A DNA stretch of 64,000 nt from Candidatus Oleimmundimicrobium sp. (GTDB lineage: Bacteria > Actinomycetota > Aquicultoria > UBA3085 > Oleimmundimicrobiaceae): contig NZ_JAUSCH010000084.1 of NCBI RefSeq assembly GCF_030651595.1, positions 1,338 to 65,337 on the forward strand. Reading direction: 5' to 3'. Shown here one piece after another: positions 39,910 to 49,138 of this stretch. A model generated the notes under the pieces. That model saw only the letters and a list, made by a program, of their open reading frames with translations, did no database searches and was not told where the DNA came from. Both the position numbers and the translations under genes were made by a program. Every line of letters starts with the position of its first letter. Positions within the stretch are counted from its first letter, which is position 1.

Positions 39910-41797
39910 GTTTAAAAGCTCTAAAGAGCTAAGTGTTTTGCGAAAAAAAATATGTGACGAAAGAGCAAAACAAAAAAAGACAATAGTTCGAGTTTGCAAC
40001 GGGACTGGTTGTCGTGCTTCTGGCGCGCAGAAGGTTGTTGAAGCTTTTAAAAAAGAGGCTACCAAGCAAGGCGTTGATTTTGAGATAAGGCCAACGGGCT
40101 GCCAGGGTTTATGTGAAAAAGGCCCTCTTGTAATTGTAGAGCCCTTAGATGTTTTTTATCAAAAGGTTGATCCGTTTGATGCGGCAAAGATAATTGATCT
40201 TACTATAAATCGCGGCAAAGTTATTGATCGGCTGCAAGTGGTTGATCCTGTTACGGGAGAGCTTGCTGTTAAAGAAGAGGAAATTTCCTTCTATGGCAAA
40301 CAGCAACGCGTAGTTTTAAGAAATTGTGGCCACATTGATCCCACTAACATAGAGGATTATATAGCAATTGGGGGCTATGAGGCGTTGGTGAAAATTTTAA
40401 ATGATATGACGCCGGAAGAAGTGATAGAAGAGGTTAAGAAATCTAATTTAAGAGGTCGAGGTGGGGCAGGTTTTCCTACGGGAAGAAAGTGGGAAGGCGG
40501 TCGAAGAACAAAGAGTGACGTGAAATATATTGTTTGCAATGGTGACGAAGGGGACCCGGGAGCCTTTATGGATAGAAGTGTTTTAGAGGGTGACCCCCAC
40601 TCTGTTATTGAAGGCATGATAATAGGGGCTTATGCTCTGGGCAATTGTAAAGAGGGATTTATATATGTAAGACAAGAATACCCTTTGGCGGTCGAGAACT
40701 TAACAGTGGCGATTAATCAAGCGAGGGAGCTTGGTCTTTTGGGCGAGAATATACTTGGGAGCGGTTTTGATTTTGATTTGGAAATAAAACGTGGAGCAGG
40801 AGCTTTTATTTGTGGAGAGTCGACAGCACTTATGTTTTCTATTGAGGGCAAAAGAGGGATGCCTCGAACTACTCCTCCTCGTTCTGTGGGAAAAGGACTA
40901 TGGGATAAGCCCACAGTGTTAAATAATGTTGAAACCTTCGCTAATATTCCTCCAATAATAATTAAGGGAGCAGACTGGTTTCCCTCTATAGGCACAAAGG
41001 GCTCTCCGGGAACCAAAATATTTGCTCTGACCGGAAAAGTGAAAAACACTGGTCTTATTGAGGTTCCTATGGGAATAACTATTCGGGAAATTGTCTATGA
41101 TATAGGTGGCGGTATTTTAGGCGACAAAGAGTTTAAAGCTGTTCAGACAGGAGGACCGAGTGGCGGTTGTCTTCCAAAAGAATATCTGGATTTACCCGTT
41201 GATTTTGATTCATTAACAGAAGTTGGAGCCATGATGGGCTCCGGCGGGCTTGTTGTGATGGATGAGTCCAATTGCATGGTGGAAATTGCAAGGTATTTTC
41301 TCTCTTTTACTCAGGTGGAATCTTGCGGGAAGTGCCCGCCTTGCAGAATTGGAACATATGAGATGCTTGAGATTTTAAACAGAATCGTTGAAGGGAAAGG
41401 CGAAGAGGGTGACATAGAGCGTTTGGAAAGCATCGGCAAACATATTCAGAAAACTGCTCTATGTGGTCTAGGTAAGAGCGCGCCCAATCCTGTGCTTTCA
41501 ACCATTAAATATTTTAGGGATGAGTATGAAGCCCACATAAGGGATAAATATTGTCCGGCTGGGCAATGTACAGCACTTGGCCATTATCAAATAAACGAGG
41601 AGGATTGTCTCCTTTGCGGTCTATGTAAAGAGGTGTGTGCTTATGACGCGATTACAGAAGAGCGAAACAGGTTCTATATCGATTTATCATACTGTCAAAA
41701 GTGCGGAGCTTGTATAGGGGTTTGTCCGACCGGTTGTGTTGTGAGACAGTTTGAACGAAAATCCACTCCTACTGGTAAGCAGGAGGTGGCTACATGA
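39899..41797 (+). CDS. NuoF/HndC-like NAD(P)H-binding FMN/Fe-S subunit with an N-terminal 2Fe-2S domain and two C-terminal 4Fe-4S domains
   Basis: GRGGAGFPTG; CGKCPPC N3 motif; C-terminal CLLCGLCKEVC and CQKCGACIGVC. Confidence 0.85.
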   Translation: MMSKFKSSKELSVLRKKICDERAKQKKTIVRVCNGTGCRASGAQKVVEAFKKEATKQGVDFEIRPTGCQGLCEKGPLVIVEPLDVFYQKVDPFDAAKIIDLTINRGKVIDRLQVVDPVTGELAVKEEEISFYGKQQRVVLRNCGHIDPTNIEDYIAIGGYEALVKILNDMTPEEVIEEVKKSNLRGRGGAGFPTGRKWEGGRRTKSDVKYIVCNGDEGDPGAFMDRSVLEGDPHSVIEGMIIGAYALGNCKEGFIYVRQEYPLAVENLTVAINQARELGLLGENILGSGFDFDLEIKRGAGAFICGESTALMFSIEGKRGMPRTTPPRSVGKGLWDKPTVLNNVETFANIPPIIIKGADWFPSIGTKGSPGTKIFALTGKVKNTGLIEVPMGITIREIVYDIGGGILGDKEFKAVQTGGPSGGCLPKEYLDLPVDFDSLTEVGAMMGSGGLVVMDESNCMVEIARYFLSFTQVESCGKCPPCRIGTYEMLEILNRIVEGKGEEGDIERLESIGKHIQKTALCGLGKSAPNPVLSTIKYFRDEYEAHIRDKYCPAGQCTALGHYQINEEDCLLCGLCKEVCAYDAITEERNRFYIDLSYCQKCGACIGVCPTGCVVRQFERKSTPTGKQEVAT

Positions 41798-42315
41798 GCA
41801 GTGATGGTTGCCCGGTCTTGATAGTACTTGAATTTCTAAAGGGATTTGCCCGAGATAAGATGTGTGGCAAGTGTCTGCCCTGCATGTTTGGAACAGCGCA
41901 GATGGTCGATGTTTTAGAGAGGATTACAAATGGAAAAGGAGAAGAAGAAGATATGGCTCTGCTTGATGAAATATCTTCTTCTATCGTGGATACTGCTCGA
42001 TGCAAACTGGGTAAGGACGCGGCTACTTTTGTAAAGGACTCATTGTCCGCATCTAAAAGTGAGTATGAAGAGCATATAAAGGACAAGTATTGCGCTCATA
42101 AATCTTGTGAGATTATTGTGAACTACCAGATAAACCCAGAGAAGTGTACGATGTGTGGAGCTTGCAAAGAGGTTTGCTCCAAAGATGCAATCATCGGTGA
42201 GAAGATGGTTTCTTATCTTTCGGACAACAAACCTTATTATATTAAAAATAAAAAGTGCACCAAATGTGACGAGTGTTTGGCCGTATGTGAAGCCGGTGCT
42301 ATAGAAATTGTTTAA
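41794..42315 (+). CDS. Small Fe-S protein paralogous to the C-terminal third of the preceding NuoF-like subunit (N3-like CGKCLPC plus two 4Fe-4S ferredoxin motifs)
   Basis: Colinear similarity to NuoF-like residues about 460-630: CGKCLPCMFGT vs CGKCPPCRIGT; EYEEHIKDKYC vs EYEAHIRDKYC. Confidence 0.6.
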   Translation: MSSDGCPVLIVLEFLKGFARDKMCGKCLPCMFGTAQMVDVLERITNGKGEEEDMALLDEISSSIVDTARCKLGKDAATFVKDSLSASKSEYEEHIKDKYCAHKSCEIIVNYQINPEKCTMCGACKEVCSKDAIIGEKMVSYLSDNKPYYIKNKKCTKCDECLAVCEAGAIEIV

Positions 42316-42332
42316 CTAAAGGAGGAGAAAAA

Positions 42333-44882
42333 TTGAGTGAGCAAGTCACTGTAACGATAAATGGAAAAGAAGTAAAGGTTCCCGAAGGAGTTTTCATCAT
42401 TCAGGCGGCCAAGATGGCGGGGATAGATATACCCCATCTCTGTTATTGTGAATGCCTGCCCAGCACGGGGTCGTGCAGAGTTTGTTTGGTTGAAGTTGAG
42501 GGGATAAAGGGGTTGGTTGCCTCATGTGCTCGAAAAGTTAAGGATGGAATGGTGATTGCCACTGATACAGAAAAGATCCGGGAAGCCAGACGTTTTGTTC
42601 TTGAATTAATACTTTCAAATCATCCCGGCGATTGCATGAGTTGCGATAAAAACGGTGCTTGTGAGCTTCAGAAATACGCATACGAGCTTGGCATTGAGAA
42701 AACAAGTTTCTTGATGAAAGATCCCGGTTACGAGATAGATAAAAGCAATCCTTTTATAGAGAGGAATTACAATCTCTGTATTTTGTGCGGACGGTGTGTG
42801 GGAATCTGCAAAACGCAGGGGGCAGATATCATAGATTTTATAAAGCGAGGCATGATTACCAAGGTGGCAACCCCGTTGGATAAGCCCTTGCAGGAATCGG
42901 GCTGTGATTTTTGTGGAAGCTGTCTCGCGGTTTGTCCTGTTGGCGCGTTACTCGAGGTCGACAGGCGTTTTCGTGGGCGAGAATGGGAAATGAAAGAGAC
43001 AAGAACAGTCTGCTCTTATTGTGGCTGTGGTTGTGACCTTGTATTTGGCATCGTGGATGGGCAGATTATGAGAGCAACCGGCGAGGGCCTGGGAGATTTT
43101 CTCTGCGCGAGAGGCAGATTTGGATGGGATTTTGTAGAAAGCCCTAAGCGAATTACAAAACCTTTGATTAAAAAAGACGGGGTTTTAACCGAAAGCACCT
43201 ACGAAGAGGCCTTTGGGTTTGTAGCAGAACGTCTTCTTGATATAAAGAAAGCCCATGGGGCAGATAGCGTTGGCGGCTTTATCGGCGCGGGGAACACAAA
43301 CGAGGTTGCTTACTTATTCCAAAAGTTTTTAAGGGCCGGTATCGGGACGAACAACATCGATAGCTCCGCCAGACTTCTCGGTTTCCCCGCCTTAGTTGAT
43401 TTATATGAAGCGTTGGGAGACGGAGCTGTTGTCTCAATGAAAGATGTTGAGGAAGCCGATGCTCTCTTGCTCGTAAACGCGGATGTTACGGTGGCCTATC
43501 CTCGTGTGGGTGTAGCCGTAAAGAGAGCGCTTTCAAGCGGAGCGAAGTTGGTAACCATAGATGCCAGAAGAACGAAAATTTCCGAGAAAGCCGATATATA
43601 TATTCAGTCAAAGGTCGGCTCCGACGAGTTTGTCTTAAGTGGGCTTTTGAAAGAGTTACTTGACGGTAAAATTTACGATGAAGAATTCGCCAAGAAGTGC
43701 GAGAAATTTGAAGACTTAAAGAAATCTCTTGGCAAATTGAAGATGGAAACGGTAGAAAGAGAGTCGGGAATTTCTAAAGATGTTTTGAAGGAAGCCGCAA
43801 AACTTTATAGCGAAGGGAAGAAGGCGGTCATAATCTTTGGGGCCGAAACGGCAAGCCCTCAAACCATGGAATTGATTGCCGATATCTCACTTCTAACAGG
43901 TAGAACTAGAGCGAGCGTTCTCCCGTGCCTCCTCTCTTCTAATCTGCGAGGCACGGTTTACATGGGAGCTTTGGCCGAATTTTATCCGGGTGTAAGAAAA
44001 ATAGATGAAGCCAGGAACGATTTTGAGAAGACTTGGGGAGTTAAACTTCCTAAAAAGGCCGGGCTTTCTATTAAGGAAATGTTAGACGGAATGGGCTCAT
44101 CTATTCTTGGGATGTATATAGTTGGAGCGGATCCGGTTACTCAATTTCCTAACTCTTCCAGTGTGGCCAAGTCGCTCTCATCCTTAGACTTCCTGGTGGT
44201 CCAAGATACTTTTTTGACGGAAACCGCAAAGTTGGCCGATGTTGTGTTGCCAGGGATAACTTTAGCCGAGAGCAATGGAACCATTGTTAATATGGAATAT
44301 CGAACGAAAGAGGTTAGGGCAGTTATTGAACCTTTGGCCGAAACTGATTGGAAGACGGTAACCGCTTTGTCTAAAAGAATGAATTATACTATGGGCTACT
44401 CTTCTGAAAAGGAGATTGCCAAAGAAATAAAGTCTCTGGTTTTCGTTCCAAAGAAAATCGAAAGAGATACATATAGCTTTATCTTAGTGGAACCCAAGGT
44501 TTCTGGTGAAGAGCCCGATAAAAAATATCCTTATACTTTAATTGTTGGAGAAACAACATTTGGGTTTTATGATGGAGTTAGAACAAAAATTTCCAAACTA
44601 TCTGAACTTGAGCCAAATATGGGAGATTATGTTATTTTTAACTCAGACGATGCTGCGTTTTTGGGGCTTGAGGATGGTTGCAAGGTCACGGTTAAATCGA
44701 GACGGGGCAAGGTTACAACCTCGGCAAGGATACTTGATTTCTTACCCAAGGGGATGTTTTTTATGCCTAGTTGTCACCATAAACAAGGCGTTCTAGCGAG
44801 CGATAGCATAGATTTAAAATTAAAGAGCCCGCAAGATCAGTTAATTGCTGTAAGTGTTTCAAAAGAAGGAGTCGCCAAATGA
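42333..44882 (+). CDS. NuoG/FdhA-like Fe-S and molybdopterin-fold subunit lacking the catalytic Sec/Cys-His (non-catalytic formate dehydrogenase paralog)
   Basis: 2Fe-2S, His-ligated 4Fe-4S (HPGDCMSCDKNGAC), two 4Fe-4S and CSYCGCGC clusters. NNIDSSARLLGF replaces [11 protein letters not shown] of the true FdhA at 62773. Confidence 0.75.
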   Translation: MSEQVTVTINGKEVKVPEGVFIIQAAKMAGIDIPHLCYCECLPSTGSCRVCLVEVEGIKGLVASCARKVKDGMVIATDTEKIREARRFVLELILSNHPGDCMSCDKNGACELQKYAYELGIEKTSFLMKDPGYEIDKSNPFIERNYNLCILCGRCVGICKTQGADIIDFIKRGMITKVATPLDKPLQESGCDFCGSCLAVCPVGALLEVDRRFRGREWEMKETRTVCSYCGCGCDLVFGIVDGQIMRATGEGLGDFLCARGRFGWDFVESPKRITKPLIKKDGVLTESTYEEAFGFVAERLLDIKKAHGADSVGGFIGAGNTNEVAYLFQKFLRAGIGTNNIDSSARLLGFPALVDLYEALGDGAVVSMKDVEEADALLLVNADVTVAYPRVGVAVKRALSSGAKLVTIDARRTKISEKADIYIQSKVGSDEFVLSGLLKELLDGKIYDEEFAKKCEKFEDLKKSLGKLKMETVERESGISKDVLKEAAKLYSEGKKAVIIFGAETASPQTMELIADISLLTGRTRASVLPCLLSSNLRGTVYMGALAEFYPGVRKIDEARNDFEKTWGVKLPKKAGLSIKEMLDGMGSSILGMYIVGADPVTQFPNSSSVAKSLSSLDFLVVQDTFLTETAKLADVVLPGITLAESNGTIVNMEYRTKEVRAVIEPLAETDWKTVTALSKRMNYTMGYSSEKEIAKEIKSLVFVPKKIERDTYSFILVEPKVSGEEPDKKYPYTLIVGETTFGFYDGVRTKISKLSELEPNMGDYVIFNSDDAAFLGLEDGCKVTVKSRRGKVTTSARILDFLPKGMFFMPSCHHKQGVLASDSIDLKLKSPQDQLIAVSVSKEGVAK

Positions 44883-46840
44883 AAAAGCAAAGCAAAAACG
44901 AAGAAAGCAAGTTTTACCCTGCGGCAAGCACGCAAACCAGCTGCACGGCAAGCGCCAAAATGATAGATAAAGCTAAAAAGGACGGAGTAGAGACCGCTTT
45001 TGAAAGGGTTGCTTCTCTTAAGTCATGTTCATTTGGGGCGGGTGGGACGTGTTGCAGAATATGCTCAATGGGCCCTTGTAGAGTGACCGAGACGAGAACC
45101 GGAGTTTGTGGGGCCACCGCTTCTACGGTTGCGGCCAGAAATTTTGCTCGAATGATAGCCGCCGGCGCGGCCGCGCACTCAGATCATGCCAGAGAGGTTA
45201 TTTTCACTTTTATTGCTGCGGCGAAGGGTGAAGCGCCCGGTTATGAGATAAAAAATGAGACGAAGTTGCATGCTTTGGCTAAAATTTTTGATATCAATAT
45301 AGAGGGTAAGGATAAAAACCGGATAGCTTTGGAGTTGGGCGAGAAAGCTCTTGCTGAGATGGGGAAACAGCAAGGTGAGATAACTCTTGTAAAGCAGGCT
45401 CCGAAGAAAAGGCAGGAGCGTTGGAGAAAAGAAGGCATATCTCCTCGCGGGGTGGACCGCGAGATAGTGGAAACAATGCATCGAACTCACATGGGGGTCG
45501 ATCAAGATTATAAAAACATCTTGCTTCATGGTTGCCGAACTTCTTTGGCCGATGGTTGGGGTGGCTCTATGATAGCAACAGAATTACAGGATGTCCTCTT
45601 TGGCACCCCTGTTCCAGTCAGGTCAAAGGTAAATTTAGGAGTCCTTAAAGAGAATCAAGTTAACGTAATAATTCACGGTCATGAGCCGTTGCTTTCTGAG
45701 ATGATTGTCACGGCGGCAAGGGACCCTGAGCTGATTGAGGAGGCCAAAAAGGCGGGCGCTAAGGGCATAAATATTGCCGGCATATGTTGTACGGCAAATG
45801 AGCTTTTGATGCGCAAAGGTGTTCCGGTAGCCGGTAACTTTCTCCAACAAGAGCTGGCTATCTGTACCGGCGCAGTCGATGCCATGGTTGTTGATGTTCA
45901 ATGTATCATGCAGTCGTTACCCACCGTGGCTAAATGTTATCACACTGAGGTAATTACTACTTCGGCGAAGGGAAAAATTTTGGGTGCCACCCATATGGAA
46001 TTTGATCATCACAAAGCGCCGGAGGTAGCAAAAGATATCGTCAGGCGGGCAATTAAAAATTATCCCAAGAGAGGCAAGGTTGATATTCCCAAGGAAGAGA
46101 TCGAGCTCATTGCGGGTTTTTCTCACGAGACCATAAAGTATTTGCTTGGCGGGCGGTTCCGCGCCTCTTATGGTCCGTTAAACGATAATATAATCAACGG
46201 CAGGATAAAAGGGGTTGTGGGTGTCGTGGGATGCAACAACCCTCGGGTTAAACACGATTATGTACATACCACGGTGGTTAAAGAGCTCATCGCAAACAAC
46301 GTGCTCGTTCTGGTTACCGGGTGCGCCGCGATAAGCTGCGCGAAAGAAGGACTGCTCATTCCCGAAGCCGCTGAGCTTGCGGGCGCCGGTTTGCGGGAGG
46401 TTTGCGAGGCAGTAGGTATTCCTCCCGTGCTTCATTGCGGTTCATGCGTGGACAACAGCCGAATTCTCATGGCCGCTTCGGAAATAGTTAAAGAGGGCGG
46501 TCTCGGCGAAGACTTAGATGAAATTCCGGCCGCGGGTTGCGCCCCCGAGTGGATGAGTGAGAAAGCCGTAGCCATCGGCCAGTATTTTGTTTCAAGTGGA
46601 GTTCCGGTTGGTTTTGGTGTTTCTTTTCCGACGACCAATAGCGAGGTGTTATCCAATTATCTTTTTAAAGAGATTGAGGAGACAACGGGCGGCAAGTGGT
46701 TTTACGAGCCCGATCCCGTTGAGATGGCTAAGATATTAATTAAAAATATAGATAAAAAGAGAAAAGCTTTGGGGATAGATCGTGAGAAAGAGAGGGTGCT
46801 TTACGATATGGAAATGAGGAGGGATCTGGAAATTGTCTAA
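44879..46840 (+). CDS. acsA: Carbon monoxide dehydrogenase catalytic subunit (C-cluster)
   Basis: CSFGAGGTCCRICSMGPCRV N-terminal cluster motifs. CooS/AcsA family. Confidence 0.9.
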   Translation: MKKQSKNEESKFYPAASTQTSCTASAKMIDKAKKDGVETAFERVASLKSCSFGAGGTCCRICSMGPCRVTETRTGVCGATASTVAARNFARMIAAGAAAHSDHAREVIFTFIAAAKGEAPGYEIKNETKLHALAKIFDINIEGKDKNRIALELGEKALAEMGKQQGEITLVKQAPKKRQERWRKEGISPRGVDREIVETMHRTHMGVDQDYKNILLHGCRTSLADGWGGSMIATELQDVLFGTPVPVRSKVNLGVLKENQVNVIIHGHEPLLSEMIVTAARDPELIEEAKKAGAKGINIAGICCTANELLMRKGVPVAGNFLQQELAICTGAVDAMVVDVQCIMQSLPTVAKCYHTEVITTSAKGKILGATHMEFDHHKAPEVAKDIVRRAIKNYPKRGKVDIPKEEIELIAGFSHETIKYLLGGRFRASYGPLNDNIINGRIKGVVGVVGCNNPRVKHDYVHTTVVKELIANNVLVLVTGCAAISCAKEGLLIPEAAELAGAGLREVCEAVGIPPVLHCGSCVDNSRILMAASEIVKEGGLGEDLDEIPAAGCAPEWMSEKAVAIGQYFVSSGVPVGFGVSFPTTNSEVLSNYLFKEIEETTGGKWFYEPDPVEMAKILIKNIDKKRKALGIDREKERVLYDMEMRRDLEIV

Positions 46841-49034
46841 GATTATCGCTTCGGCTGCCATAAGGGGCGCCCACAAGATAGCCAAGAGGGCGGAAGAAAA
46901 TCTTAAGGGAGCTTTAGAGAAATATGGACCCGACAAAAAGGTGGAGTTTCCAAACACGGGGTATTATCTGCCCGTGATTTATGGAATTACCGGGATGGCG
47001 GTTTCCACCCTTGGAGACATGGAGAAGGTTTTGGCATATTCCAAAAGCTTGCTTCCGCCTGTTCCGTCAGAGAAAGTCTGGCTACCGTATCTGGCTCCCG
47101 CTTTGGATGCGGGAATGGCGACACTTTTTATGGATGAAATTATTGAGGCAATTAAGTATGTGGAGTCTCCTCCTTATACTGTGTCATCTAAACCAACGGA
47201 TAGCAATCTTTGGTTGGGTGCGGCCGATGATGTGATAATGAGAGAAAGAGGAGTTGAATTTGTTGATGGTTCAGCACCGGGTTTTGCCGCGTGTGTTGGA
47301 GCAGCACCTACAAATGAAATAGCGGTAAAAATAGCACGAGAACTTCAAGAAAAAAATATCTATGTCTTTATGTCAGCTTCAACTGATGGAAAAAACATGG
47401 CTGAGCAACTTAAAGAAGAAGGCGTTCAGATGGGATGGGAAACCCGTCTGGTTCCCTTTGGTAAAGATGTTACCGCGACCGTCTTTTCCGCGGGGTTTGC
47501 AACTCGCGCCGCGCTTTCTTTTGGCGGAGTTAAACCCGGAGATTTTAGGAAAGTGTTACTCTACAACAAAAATAGGATTTTTGCCTTTGTTCTGGCTTTA
47601 GGAGAGGTCGATGATGAAAAATATGCTCAAGCGGTGGGAGCTGTAAATTTTGGTTTTCCAACTATTGCTGATACTAATATTCCTCAAATTCTCCCAACAG
47701 GAGTTTGTACTTACGAGCATGTTGTGTCAAATGTTCCCCACGATAAATTAGTAGAAAGAGCAATTGAAGTAAGAGGGCTTAAGGTTCAGGTTACCAAGAT
47801 TGATATTCCCGTTTCTTTTGGCTCTGCTTTTGAGGGAGAAAGAATTAGAGGGGAAGATACCTACGTAGAATTTGGTGGAACAAAGACACGTGCCTTTGAA
47901 TTCTTGAGGATGAAAGAGATGGATGAGGTGGAAAATGGCAAAATCGAGGTAGTTGGCAAAGATATAGACGAAATCAAGGAGGGCGAACGGCTTCCTCTTA
48001 GTATAGTAATAGATGTTGCTGGTAGAAAAATGCAGGAAGATTTCGAATCAGTTTTAGAAAGACAAGTTCACCATATGATTAATGGTGCTGAAGGTATATT
48101 TCATATGGGGCAGCGCGATATCATCTGGGTAAGGGTTAGTAAGAAAGCTAAAAATGTTGGCTTTAAATTTCATCATTTTGGGAAGATACTTATCGCGAAG
48201 CTTGCCGCGGATTACCCCGCAATTGTGGATAAGGCTCAAGTTACAATCTACACCGATCTTGAAAAGGTTGACCAGATGTTGGAGGAAGCTCGAAAAGCAT
48301 ACCATCACAGGGATGAAAGGGTGCGGGGGATGACCGATGAGAGCGTTGATACTTTTTATTCCTGTACCTTATGTCAGAGTTTTGCTCCAAACCACGTCTG
48401 CATAATTACTCCCGAGAGATTAGGGCTTTGTGGGGCGTATAACTGGCTTGATGGCAAGGCAGCCTATGAGATTAATCCGACGGGGCCTAACCAGCCGGTT
48501 AAAAAAGGTGAAACGATAGATGCAGTTAAAGGTCAATGGAAAAATGTCAATGAGTTTGTCTTTACGAAATCTAATCAGTCTCTTGAGCATTTCAACGCCT
48601 ATTCTATGATGGAGGATCCAATGACTTCGTGTGGTTGTTTCGAGTGCGTGGTGGCGGTTCTCCCAACGACTAACGGGATCATGATAGTAAATAGGGAGTT
48701 TCCCGGAATGACGCCCTGCGGAATGAAATTTTCAACCTTAGCTGGGACCGTAGGTGGTGGTGTCCAGCTTCCCGGGTTTATCGGGATAGGCCGTCAATAT
48801 ATAATGAGCAAGAAATTTATTTCTGCCGATGGGGGTTTAAAGAGGATTGTCTGGATGCCTAAGGAGTTGAAGGATACTCTTCGTTCGGAATTTCAAAAAC
48901 GTGCAGAAGAAGAAGGTGACCCTAATTTCATCGATAAGATTGCCGATGAAACAGTGGGAACTACTGAGGAAGAAGTTCTGGCGCATATGCAGAAAGTTGG
49001 ACATCCGGCCTTAGAGATGTCCCCAATGTTCTAA
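46833..49034 (+). CDS. acsB: Acetyl-CoA synthase (A-cluster) subunit
   Basis: 733 aa. A-cluster CGC in MTSCGCFECVV. Confidence 0.9.
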   Translation: MSKIIASAAIRGAHKIAKRAEENLKGALEKYGPDKKVEFPNTGYYLPVIYGITGMAVSTLGDMEKVLAYSKSLLPPVPSEKVWLPYLAPALDAGMATLFMDEIIEAIKYVESPPYTVSSKPTDSNLWLGAADDVIMRERGVEFVDGSAPGFAACVGAAPTNEIAVKIARELQEKNIYVFMSASTDGKNMAEQLKEEGVQMGWETRLVPFGKDVTATVFSAGFATRAALSFGGVKPGDFRKVLLYNKNRIFAFVLALGEVDDEKYAQAVGAVNFGFPTIADTNIPQILPTGVCTYEHVVSNVPHDKLVERAIEVRGLKVQVTKIDIPVSFGSAFEGERIRGEDTYVEFGGTKTRAFEFLRMKEMDEVENGKIEVVGKDIDEIKEGERLPLSIVIDVAGRKMQEDFESVLERQVHHMINGAEGIFHMGQRDIIWVRVSKKAKNVGFKFHHFGKILIAKLAADYPAIVDKAQVTIYTDLEKVDQMLEEARKAYHHRDERVRGMTDESVDTFYSCTLCQSFAPNHVCIITPERLGLCGAYNWLDGKAAYEINPTGPNQPVKKGETIDAVKGQWKNVNEFVFTKSNQSLEHFNAYSMMEDPMTSCGCFECVVAVLPTTNGIMIVNREFPGMTPCGMKFSTLAGTVGGGVQLPGFIGIGRQYIMSKKFISADGGLKRIVWMPKELKDTLRSEFQKRAEEEGDPNFIDKIADETVGTTEEEVLAHMQKVGHPALEMSPMF

Positions 49035-49138
49035 TCAGCCCCCAGCATCCAGCCACCAGGGGCCAGAAGTATTACGTATTGCCTGGAAGCTGACGACTGA
49101 TAGCTGGTAGCTAAAATCGACTAAAAGGAGATTTATGT
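49035..49138. repeat. Heptamer-repeat intergenic element between acsB and acsC
   Basis: GCTGACG ACTGATA GCTGGTA GCTAAAA preceded by a GC-rich cagcccccagcatccagccaccagggg. Confidence 0.45.
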
